From an uncultured Clostridium sp. (GTDB taxonomy: Bacteria; Bacillota; Clostridia; TANB77; CAG-508): a stretch of DNA of 64,000 bases. The translations under genes and the position numbers were made by a program. The DNA lies in assembly GCA_947245515.1 (NCBI GenBank), contig CAMXQV010000003.1, forward strand, positions 618-64,617. Reading direction: 5' to 3'. The notes below the pieces were generated by a model. It had not been told where the DNA came from. It did not search any database and saw only the letters and a list, made by a program, of their open reading frames with translations. Below, piece after piece: positions 9,838 through 18,537 of this stretch (the first letter of the stretch is position 1; each line of letters begins with the position of its first letter).

Positions 9838-10048
9838 TAGTATCACTTCCGTTTTTGATATTTTGTAATTTTTTTCTTGCTTCAGCTTGTGCATTAGCAA
9901 TAGTTTGAACTATGTCTCTAGGATAAAGTTTAAAACATTGTCGCATTTCTATTCCTAATGTATCAGGGGTTATTTCTTCGCGATATTTAGAACTTTGCAT
10001 ATAATTTAATGTAATTTGTGCATAAGCCACAGCATCTTTTTTATTCAT
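9827..10048 (-). CDS. Hypothetical protein
   Basis: ORF in an operon-like array with xis/int. Confidence 0.5.
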   Translation of the reverse strand: MNKKDAVAYAQITLNYMQSSKYREEITPDTLGIEMRQCFKLYPRDIVQTIANAQAEARKKLQNIKNGSDTNGK

Positions 10049-10286
10049 TTATTGCACCTCCTACAAAGGTTTCAAATAATGTAATTATTTTATCCCATTT
10101 CATTTTTGAATTCTCTGTTAGATTAATTTCGCATTTTTCTATATATGAAAAATCTTCTTTATTTCGTATAATTAGTTCTAATTTCTGTGTGTCATTTGCA
10201 GTATAATGAACCTCAGCATATACTTTACTTTGATTATTGTGTAATTTATCAGCTAGTTTAAATACTTTTAACAATTTTTCTTCCAT
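10041..10286 (-). CDS. Hypothetical protein
   Basis: ORF whose end overlaps the start of the next gene. Confidence 0.5.
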   Translation of the reverse strand: MEEKLLKVFKLADKLHNNQSKVYAEVHYTANDTQKLELIIRNKEDFSYIEKCEINLTENSKMKWDKIITLFETFVGGAINE

Positions 10287-10292
10287 AATCTT

Positions 10293-10709
10293 TTACCTCT
10301 CTTTTATATATTTAGGTACATCAGCAGAGCGACCGAGTTTTGTATCAAATTCGTACCTTTGTTTTGAAGGGTTATAACTATATGCACTATAATTCCATTT
10401 TCTATAATTTTCATTACTTAAATGGCTTGATTTTGATAATTCTCTTGTTGCTTGTTCATGTTGTGATTGCACATAAGAGTAGTTATCTTCAAGCCTTTGC
10501 TTTTCTCTTTTCTTTTTAATAAATTCATTTTGAGCAATTTTTCTATTATTTTTAGATTCTTTTTTTCTAAAATCCTTTTCTTGCATATACCTAGAATCTT
10601 GTTTTATAATTTTAGTGATATATGCTGAAGAAATGCTTAATTGTTTGGCTATTTCTTTTACTTTTAAATGTTCATTATAAAACAAGTTGATAATACTTTC
10701 TTTTGACAT
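10293..10709 (-). CDS. HTH (sigma-70 region-4-like) DNA-binding protein
   Basis: N-terminal LKVKEIAKQLSISSAYITKIIKQ followed by a basic tail. Confidence 0.55.
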   Translation of the reverse strand: MSKESIINLFYNEHLKVKEIAKQLSISSAYITKIIKQDSRYMQEKDFRKKESKNNRKIAQNEFIKKKREKQRLEDNYSYVQSQHEQATRELSKSSHLSNENYRKWNYSAYSYNPSKQRYEFDTKLGRSADVPKYIKER

Positions 10710-10778
10710 TTTTATAAACCGTCCTATTGGGTTAATTTTTTGTCGACACTTTTTATGTATGACAAATCTATTAGAAAT

Positions 10779-10949
10779 CTATTTAATTTCTAATTCTTCC
10801 ATTTTCTTTTTAAAGGCTTCTTGCCTTTGTTTTTTTATTCCTAATTCTTTGTGTAATCTATATTTTAGTTTTAGTTTGGGTAAGAGAATATCAAATATAA
10901 ATAAGATTACAACAAAAGATATTCCTAATAAGATACATCTAAAAAACAT
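10779..10949 (-). CDS. Small membrane protein
   Basis: RBS AAAGGAG lies 8 nt before ATG 10949. One TM helix (CILLGISFVVILFIFDILL). Confidence 0.45.
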   Translation of the reverse strand: MFFRCILLGISFVVILFIFDILLPKLKLKYRLHKELGIKKQRQEAFKKKMEELEIK

Positions 10950-11096
10950 TTCTATATCTCCTTTCATAAAATTAGAAAAAGGCAATTAAGAGCTTGTCCT
11001 AACTGCCTTTTGTTAAATATAGTGTTTCCTATATATGCCCTTCAATATATATACATCCAAATTTTTCAGAAAAACTAACCGTAATTTGAAAAAATT

Positions 11097-11276
11097 TTAA
11101 AATTTATAATTTTTTATTCCCTGTATTAGTTTTTCAATTATAAATTGATACCTGTCTTCGTCTCCATAAGAATACTTTTCTATCATTTTTCTTTTTCTAT
11201 CAATTATTTTTATGAGCGAAATTTCGTCTCCTGCTTGTGCTTTTTTTCCTAATATATATAAACTTTCTTTTTCCAT
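11097..11276 (-). CDS. 59-aa protein resembling sigma-70 region 2
   Basis: Below the ORF-track cutoff. MEKESLYILGKKAQAGDEISLIKIID..DRYQFIIEKLIQGIKNY. Its start lies 3 nt after the upstream stop. Confidence 0.4.
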   Translation of the reverse strand: MEKESLYILGKKAQAGDEISLIKIIDRKRKMIEKYSYGDEDRYQFIIEKLIQGIKNYKF

Positions 11277-11279
11277 AAT

Positions 11280-11693
11280 CTATTTTCCACCTTTCAAATA
11301 TTTTTCAAGTTTTTTTAATGCTCGTTTCCTTATTCTTGGAACTGAATTAGAATATATTTTCAAAATTTCTCCTATTTCAATATTAGACAGTTGTTTTTCA
11401 AACAACAAAAAAATCACCATCATTTCAATTTTTGATAGTGATTCAAGGGCACAAACTAGCGCAGTATTATTTAATTGATTCATAAAATCTTTTACATTTT
11501 CAGTATCATGGCTTATTTCTTCATATTTCAAATATTCATTTACATATTCGGAAAAGTTCTCATCATCAATAATCTTTAGTTCATTAAAAGTTTTTTTTGC
11601 CTCGTTTCTATAATACTGTTTTGAAAATAAGATAATAGTTTTATTAAGGAAACTATCAAACCTTTCTTCTTTATGGTTCTTTTTGTTTTCCAT
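11280..11693 (-). CDS. Sigma-70-family (region 4) protein, Tn916 ORF7-like
   Basis: RBS GGGAGG precedes ATG 11693. LSKIEMMVIFLLFEKQLSNIEIGEILKIYSNSVPRIRKRALKKL. Confidence 0.65.
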   Translation of the reverse strand: MENKKNHKEERFDSFLNKTIILFSKQYYRNEAKKTFNELKIIDDENFSEYVNEYLKYEEISHDTENVKDFMNQLNNTALVCALESLSKIEMMVIFLLFEKQLSNIEIGEILKIYSNSVPRIRKRALKKLEKYLKGGK

Positions 11694-12140
11694 AAATATT
11701 CCTCCCAAATTCTTTTAAATTTGGGCTTAACATAACTGTTAAACGGAACACACAAAAAAACAAAAAACCTCCTTTTCTAGCTTTTTATGTATTATATTCA
11801 CTTAAAAATAGGGCTTAATGGTCCTGTGAAAATTAAAACTTTTATCTTAAGTAACTTACAAACATCTTTTGTAGGTATGTTCTAATCTAGCAGGTATATT
11901 AAGCCCTGCCAAGATTATAGAAAAACTTGCGTGAAAAATTTGTCGAAAACAGATAGTGATTTTGTCGAAAATGGGTAATAGACAAATAATATATTTTTCT
12001 ATTTATTCAAATTAAAGGCTCGACAAAAAATGCCATACTTTGACAAAGTATATATTTTTCAATGAATAAAGTATGTATTGTTTTAAAAAAAGAATGTAAA
12101 ATATACACATACAAAAACATTGCTGGAGGGAGGTTAAAAT

Positions 12141-12491
12141 ATGGCATTAGATAAAATAGTAATAGGAGCTAGAGTTCGAAAAATTAGAGAAGAATTTTTT
12201 GAAGAATCAAGAGATAAGTTTTCTAAAAGATGCAATTTGACAGAGCGACATATTGGTCAAATAGAACGAGGAGATTTTTTAGTCAGTTTAAACGCACTTG
12301 ATTGCATTTCTTCAGCAACTGGAATAAGTGTAGACTATATTTTATATGGAAAAGGTGAAAATAAGAAACTGAAAATAAAAGACACTTTACATGATATGAT
12401 TGAGAAAGGCGATAAAGAAGAATTACAAATGTACTATAAATGTATAACCACAATAAAAAGCTATGTAACTAAAAAAGAAAAAAATAATTGA
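12141..12491 (+). CDS. XRE-family HTH regulator (Tn916 ORF9-like position)
   Basis: IGARVRKIREE..FSKRCNLTERHIGQIERGD. Divergent from the sigma-like gene. Confidence 0.75.
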   Translation: MALDKIVIGARVRKIREEFFEESRDKFSKRCNLTERHIGQIERGDFLVSLNALDCISSATGISVDYILYGKGENKKLKIKDTLHDMIEKGDKEELQMYYKCITTIKSYVTKKEKNN

Positions 12492-12561
12492 TAGCAGTTT
12501 GAAAATTGCTATCTTTTGTGTTATATTATATAAAAATATCAATAAGAAATGGAGCAAGAAA

Positions 12562-12780
12562 ATGAACTTAAAAACAGATTTAGCAGAAAAAAATCAAGAA
12601 TTATTACAAGAAATTGGATATAAAATTGAGAATAGAGAATATTCACCTGAAGAAATAAAAAATTGCGAGAGTTATATTGCTAATCATATTATGAGTCAAA
12701 GTAGCAAAAATAATGGTATTGCAAAAGAAACAATAAAATTCAATGACTTAATAAATATTTTAGTAAAAAATGAGAAATAG
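12562..12780 (+). CDS. Hypothetical small protein
   Basis: RBS GGAG precedes ATG 12562. Confidence 0.45.
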   Translation: MNLKTDLAEKNQELLQEIGYKIENREYSPEEIKNCESYIANHIMSQSSKNNGIAKETIKFNDLINILVKNEK

Positions 12781-12812
12781 ATAGTAAATTGAAATATGTT
12801 AAGGAGTAGAAT

Positions 12813-13739
12813 ATGAATAATTTTCTAGGCGGATATGGTACTTTTTTAGTAGTTACAATTGGACTTGTAATTGGAATAATAGTAATATATTATGCCATAA
12901 CATGTGTTTTAAACTTTTTCTATAAAACAAAGTTAAAAAAAACATACAATATATGTATTCCAAAAGGATTTAAGGTAAGAAGAAATAAAACAGAATATGT
13001 TGGAGACTATGAATTAAATTATCCTAAATGGCTATATGCAAATAAAAATGGTAGTAGAAATAAAGTTAGAAAAAATAATAATTTGATTTACTATACTTGT
13101 AATTTATATTATAAAGATTTTAGAATTACTACAAAATCACCAATAAATATGATAAATCTAGTACATCAATTTAGAGGAATATTTGGAGATAATTCAATTC
13201 ATAAAAATATTGAGGAAATTAAAAAGTATGAAGAAATTGAGAGAAAACTTGAATTATATAATAAGAACAATGACATTCAGTCAATAATTAATCAATGTAG
13301 AGATGAGCCAACTAAGTTTGAAGAATTTTGTGCAAAATTGTTTGAGAAGATGGAATATAAGGTAAAAATCACACCAAAAGTTAATGATGGTGGATATGAT
13401 TTAATACTACATAAAGACAAAGAAAAGAGTATTGTAGAATGCAAATGTTATGCTTTAAGGCATAGTGTTGGAAGGCCACTAATCCAAAAATTAGTAGGAG
13501 CAAATCAAACAGCACAAGCTGATAAAATTATTTTTGTTACAACTAGCTCCTTTTCAAAAGAAGCTATACAATATGCTTATGAGATAAATGTTGAATTGAT
13601 AGATGGCGAAAGATTAATAAACCTAACTCAAAAATATTTTGATAACGATTCAAAAAATAATAAAAACATTAATAGAAAAGATTGGGAACTAACTAAAAAT
13701 GACATTAAAGAATATTATCCACCAGATGTAGAAATATAA
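12813..13739 (+). CDS. Membrane-anchored Mrr-like restriction endonuclease domain protein
   Basis: N-terminal TM helix. FEEFCAKLFEKMEYKVKITPKVNDGGYDLIL..VECKCY..VGRPLIQKLVG matches the Mrr_cat pattern. Confidence 0.65.
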   Translation: MNNFLGGYGTFLVVTIGLVIGIIVIYYAITCVLNFFYKTKLKKTYNICIPKGFKVRRNKTEYVGDYELNYPKWLYANKNGSRNKVRKNNNLIYYTCNLYYKDFRITTKSPINMINLVHQFRGIFGDNSIHKNIEEIKKYEEIERKLELYNKNNDIQSIINQCRDEPTKFEEFCAKLFEKMEYKVKITPKVNDGGYDLILHKDKEKSIVECKCYALRHSVGRPLIQKLVGANQTAQADKIIFVTTSSFSKEAIQYAYEINVELIDGERLINLTQKYFDNDSKNNKNINRKDWELTKNDIKEYYPPDVEI

Positions 13740-13831
13740 GTACAATTTTATAGACAGATAATTTATTGAAAATTGTCTGTCTTTGTGTTATTATTGTTAT
13801 AGCAAAATAGTAAGTTGTAGGGGAGAATGTT

Positions 13832-14956
13832 ATGAAAAAGAAAGTGTCAATAACAATTATAGTGATTTTTATTATAATAATATCTATAATTTTTTATAGT
13901 TTCATTGAAAACAATGATGATTTTGCACCATATATTAGTAAGGAGTATGATAAAGTTTATGATATACATTCTGACATATATGATTTAGTAGAAATAAAAA
14001 GTGAACTAACAGAAATAGCACAAGAATATGAAGAAGGATTAAAACTAACCTTTGTTCAATATGATATAGAAGATAGCAATAAAAAAGCTGAATTTCAGTT
14101 TTATAAAGATGATTATAATGGGAAAAATAAAGCTTGTTTGCTTACTATAAATATTGATATTGATGCAAAGAAAACAACTAAAATAAAATATGAAAAAGGA
14201 CATGGAAAAAGAGTAAATGGACATTCTAATGAAATTAGCACATTGGAAAAAATATCAGATTATATAAATCAAAATGAAAATATTAAGATTATTGTAACTA
14301 GCGAAGATATAACATTATATAAAGATGGAGAAAAAATAGAAAAGAAAGATTTTATCAAAAATATTACTAATAATATAGAAGAAAATTCTTATATCTATCA
14401 TGGAATAATAACAGAGATAAGTTCTAATAATATAGTTTTTGAAGAGCAATCAAATAATAAAAAGTATTCAATAGATACAAATAGTGATTTTAGGTTTATA
14501 AATGCACGAACAAATGAAGAAATAAATATTGAGGATATAAAAGTTGACTATTACATAGACACATATACTTATGAAGAATCAAAAGTAATTAGTATATTAA
14601 GCAATATACAAGGAGAAGAATTAAGAAAAGAGTTAATGAAAAATTTTGTATTAAAAGAGCCTCTTTATTTGACAATTTCTCCAATAGGTACAAATATAGA
14701 GATAATAAATAATGATAAAGCAATATTGACTATAACTTTTGATGACTTATTACCTAATTATAATACTGATGGTGAAAAGTTTGAAATGAAAGTGGAGATT
14801 AATTCAAATACAGTAATAGAATGTAAAGGTGGAATTAATAAAATAGCAGACCTAGAAAATGTAGCATTAGATATTATAAAAATAAAATTAGATAAAAATA
14901 CTATTGATAATGAAATACCTATAGCTACATATTTTATGTCTAGCAATGGTAATTAA
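13832..14956 (+). CDS. Hypothetical membrane-anchored or secreted protein
   Basis: N-terminal TM or signal segment. No family recognised. Confidence 0.55.
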   Translation: MKKKVSITIIVIFIIIISIIFYSFIENNDDFAPYISKEYDKVYDIHSDIYDLVEIKSELTEIAQEYEEGLKLTFVQYDIEDSNKKAEFQFYKDDYNGKNKACLLTINIDIDAKKTTKIKYEKGHGKRVNGHSNEISTLEKISDYINQNENIKIIVTSEDITLYKDGEKIEKKDFIKNITNNIEENSYIYHGIITEISSNNIVFEEQSNNKKYSIDTNSDFRFINARTNEEINIEDIKVDYYIDTYTYEESKVISILSNIQGEELRKELMKNFVLKEPLYLTISPIGTNIEIINNDKAILTITFDDLLPNYNTDGEKFEMKVEINSNTVIECKGGINKIADLENVALDIIKIKLDKNTIDNEIPIATYFMSSNGN

Positions 14957-15038
14957 AAAGAACAATTATATAAAATGATAGTGAAAAATTACAAGTTATA
15001 GGGATAAATAAAAAATAGTAGGTACTTTTCAATACCTG

Positions 15039-15353
15039 CTATTTTAATTGATTAGGATTTTCGGTTGCTACTTGTAAATATTTTTGAATTGCTGAAATAG
15101 ATTCTTTATGTGTGGAGTTTAAACTTTCAATATTTACTTGTTGACCTGGCATAATATCTTGTATCATTTTTTTTATTTCATTAAGAGTTAGTCCAAAAAA
15201 TTCTAAAAAAGCTATTTTAAAAATTATCTCTATATACAAATCATTATAATTTATTGAATGTTCTTGAATTATTTTCTTTTTTATATTATCAAAATTAGCT
15301 TTTCCATGTTTTTCTAAAAAAAGTGTACTAAAATTCATGTCAAAAAAATCCAT
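15039..15353 (-). CDS. Hypothetical protein, distant paralog of 15735-16076
   Basis: Shares the motif (L/Y)FGL(T/N)..(E/Q)I..M(I/L). Confidence 0.5.
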   Translation of the reverse strand: MDFFDMNFSTLFLEKHGKANFDNIKKKIIQEHSINYNDLYIEIIFKIAFLEFFGLTLNEIKKMIQDIMPGQQVNIESLNSTHKESISAIQKYLQVATENPNQLK

Positions 15354-15422
15354 AAGATCACCTCTTACTTATATAATATACCATAAAATTAGAATAATTA
15401 TAATTGTTTGATAGTAGATATA

Positions 15423-15719
15423 TCATTTCATAGTTAATGCAGTTATGATAAATTTTACACCATCAGCAACACCATTTCTATAAAGTAATTCATTTTCTTT
15501 GCGTAGATACTCACATTCCACATCGTCATATTTTGATAATAAATCTTTTAATTTGTTTCTTGACTTTGGATGTACTCTTGAATCAATGAATTTGATAATT
15601 TCGTCATAGACTATACTTGATTTATTTTTGCATCTTTCTCTTTCCTGATCTTCTAAATCAAACAATTCCTCGTCTTCTTTTTTGTTAAATAAAAAATTAA
15701 TAATGTCCTTATAATTCAT
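15423..15719 (-). CDS. Hypothetical protein
   Basis: ORF with RBS GGGAGGTG. Confidence 0.5.
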   Translation of the reverse strand: MNYKDIINFLFNKKEDEELFDLEDQERERCKNKSSIVYDEIIKFIDSRVHPKSRNKLKDLLSKYDDVECEYLRKENELLYRNGVADGVKFIITALTMK

Positions 15720-15734
15720 AAGCTATGCACCTCC

Positions 15735-16076
15735 CTACTTGTTATACAATTTTAAATCTTTCTTAATGTAATCCTCAATTTCTGGGATAAGTTCTTTTTG
15801 GTCGTTTAAAATCTCGTCTGGTGGAAATGCTACACTTGTACCTGGTGTTAGCCCTAAATCTAGCATAAGAGCAATTTGTTTTTTGTTTAACCCAAAATAA
15901 TTTAAAGCTACAATATAATATACAACAAGACAATATTGGACTAGCACTTCATTTTTACCAACCTTTTCTATTACCTCTATTGGTAGTTTTATTTTTTTGC
16001 ATATTCTATCAGCTAAATTTTTGAAAGTACCTTTCCCATATCGAGCAATCCAGTAAGTAAAATAATAATTTGGCAT
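15735..16076 (-). CDS. Hypothetical protein
   Basis: RBS AAGGAGG precedes the internal ATG at 16076 (MPNYYFTYW...). Confidence 0.5.
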   Translation of the reverse strand: MPNYYFTYWIARYGKGTFKNLADRICKKIKLPIEVIEKVGKNEVLVQYCLVVYYIVALNYFGLNKKQIALMLDLGLTPGTSVAFPPDEILNDQKELIPEIEDYIKKDLKLYNK

Positions 16077-16319
16077 TTTTTCCTCCTTTCGCAATAATTG
16101 TATATAAATATTTTTCATATGTTAATGCTCAAAAAAAAATTTTTTAATCTCTTGTAACTATTGTATCTGTAAGTATGTAAAATTTTATTCGAAAAAAATT
16201 TAAAAATTTGATACTAAAAATGTTCAAAAACGCTTATATTTCAACGAAAAAAATTTTTAAGCCGTGCTTATTGAAATAATTAAAAAAACTATGTAAAATA
16301 TAAGTGTGTATTAGATTAT

Positions 16320-16420
16320 GTTATAGTTTTTTCTATAACTATCCATAAAGTATAACTTTATGGCATAACTACTAAATAAAAGTTAGTAGTAAGTATTTCT
16401 ACATTTGTAAAAGAATGTAG
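16320..16420. promoter_or_regulatory. Four consecutive 7-8-bp hairpins; candidate oriT, single-strand initiation or ssDNA-promoter region
   Basis: Stems at 16320-26/16333-39, 16343-50/16356-63, 16368-75/16383-90 and 16399-405/16414-20, in the 0.5-kb gap ahead of the leading-region operon. Confidence 0.4.
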
Positions 16421-16612
16421 CATAAAATGGGTATAAGTAAAACATTTATATAGATTATTTGTTATGCTTAAATAAAAAAGAAAGTTAGAGTTTTAAAAGA
16501 TGCCCCCTCTTTTAAGATTACTAAACTTTCTATTTTTTTACCCAAAATAAAAGAAAGGAGGATTTATTAAAAAAATCTTTTACACAGAAATAACGGAAGG
16601 AGATTTTAAATT

Positions 16613-16975
16613 ATGAAAAGTGGATTTGATTTTGAATTATACGAAACACTTTTTACAAATTGTTTTATTTTTAGTTCAAGATATACCAATGGAAATTTGC
16701 AATTAAGTCTATTTGGCACTGATTCAGCTACAAATGAAACAGCACATTTTGCTGATATTACACTAAATCAAAACAGCAGAATGCTACGAGAAAACGAAAT
16801 TGTAGTTGATTGCAAATATAAGCCTACAATGATACCACAATTAATTGAACTTGGTATTTTACAAAAACAAGTTGGTATATGCGTAGTAAAGGATGCATTA
16901 TATCCTATTTATACTATTGATAGAACAATGGTAAATCAAAAACAATATTGTATGCAAGAATTAGTTGCTGCATAA
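16613..16975 (+). CDS. DUF4313-like conjugative-element protein; ends -VAA
   Basis: RBS GGAAGGAG. Family assignment is from memory. Confidence 0.5.
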   Translation: MKSGFDFELYETLFTNCFIFSSRYTNGNLQLSLFGTDSATNETAHFADITLNQNSRMLRENEIVVDCKYKPTMIPQLIELGILQKQVGICVVKDALYPIYTIDRTMVNQKQYCMQELVAA

Positions 16976-16995
16976 AAAAGAAAGGAAGAATAAAA

Positions 16996-18197
16996 ATGAA
17001 AGAAACAAGAAAGTTACAATTACCAGTTATTCGGTAGAGTTCAACACCGGAGAGCAAATTTTGGTTAATGGTAAAAAACGAGTTAAAGACTATGGATATT
17101 TCATAGCAAAGATTCAAGAAAGTAATATGCAACAATATTTAGACAAGTTTAATGAACTAATTAAAGGAAAAACAACTTTAGATATACAACTACTAAACAA
17201 AGACACATTTACTATAAAAAGAGTTAGATATAATCAAGGCGGAGCAGCTTGTTACTGTATGGATGGAGAGGACAATGGAAAAATAAAAGAAAAAAATTTA
17301 TGGAAGCCAACCCCATGTAATTCTAGTTGTAGTTATTTGCAAAAAGATACTAATGGAAAAACAGCATGTAATCGTATTGCTTGGCTAAAATTTTTTATTC
17401 CAGAGATTTCAATGGATCGAATATGGCTTATGAGAATTACAGGTCAGCAATCAATAGACAATATTGATGCCTATTTACAATTACAACAATTACAGGGAAA
17501 TTCATTAAATAACTTATTTACTTTGTTTTTAACACGAAAAGAACAAATAAATTTCTTAGGAAATAAATTCAATAATTATGTTTTAGATATCGTAAAAAAA
17601 GAAGATTTTATTTCTAATTCTCAAATTCCACAAACTAATCAAGTACAAAAAGATTTATCCACAAAAGAAACTCAAAATGTGAATAACAATGTAGAAAAAG
17701 AGCAACAAAATACAGTTTCAAAACCTATTGCTACTCAAAAAAATAATGTAGAAACTAAAAATGTTGAAAATACTAAATCAAAAGAAGATTCTAAACAAAC
17801 GCAAGATAACACTGTTAATATAACAGAAAAAAAGGAAACAACAAAATCTAAAAAACAAACAAAGAGCAAAACTAAAAAAGCTGAAGAAAAACCAAAAGAA
17901 TCTACAACTGAAAAAGAACAAAATGCTGACAATTACGATAATTACTATGTATTCGAGTCTTTATCTAGTGAAAAAATACAAACTAAATCAGGAACAAAGG
18001 ACTATACAATTGGAAAATTCTACGATATGCAAGATAAACAACACAATATTATAGTAAAACCTGAATATGCAAGTGAATTACAAAATTGTGAATTAGGTAC
18101 ACTAGTACAATTTACAGAAATTAAGAAAATTGAAGGTAGAAAATTTGCACTAGATTTAAACTTTATTGAAAAAATGGAAAAAAATATAGCAGCATAA
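16996..18197 (+). CDS. Cys-rich protein with a K/T/Q-rich linker, function unknown; ends -IAA; candidate double +1 shift at CGG 17032 and 17048
   Basis: The operon-consensus RBS GAAAGGAAG plus ATG 16996 opens a frame that reaches the long ORF only via two CGG shifts (MKETRKLQLPVI|GRVQH|GEQILVNGKK...). An alternative start is TTG 17058 after GGAGA. Confidence 0.5.
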
Positions 18198-18315
18198 GAA
18201 AGGAACTCTTATACTACTAATTATTCACAAAGCCATTGGCTTTAATTTGTATATATTATAACGAATTAAAATATAAAAGTCAATGCTCAAAAAAATAAAA
18301 AAAGGAGAATTTACA

Positions 18316-18537
18316 ATGCACAATGGATTTAGAGATGGTAGTCAGGTTATTGTAAATGGTTCAGGCAAAAATAATGGTAAATATTATGATAATCAATTAG
18401 CAATAGTATTAGAACGAGATCCCTATTTTCTCGACTATCATGTTCGATTCGAAGATGGGAAAGATGATTGGCTTTCGCCTAGATATTTACAAAAGCCTAT
18501 ACTAGAAGGAAAGGAAATAAAAGAAAATGAAATTTAA
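18316..18537 (+). CDS. Hypothetical small protein
   Basis: RBS AAAGGAG precedes ATG 18316. Confidence 0.55.
   Translation: MHNGFRDGSQVIVNGSGKNNGKYYDNQLAIVLERDPYFLDYHVRFEDGKDDWLSPRYLQKPILEGKEIKENEI

Noticed and set aside
16965-16995. TTG 16965 as the start of the 410-aa track ORF
   Set aside because: It has no RBS and overlaps the last codons of the upstream gene. The operon-consensus RBS serves ATG 16996 (which needs two CGG shifts), and a GGAGA-TTG start at 17058 is the conservative alternative.
17640-17930. A possible repeat array or CRISPR-like periodicity in the A-rich stretch
   Set aside because: It is the K/T/Q/E-rich low-complexity linker of the 16996-18197 protein. There are no direct repeats with unique spacers. 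No CRISPR array is present anywhere in the window.
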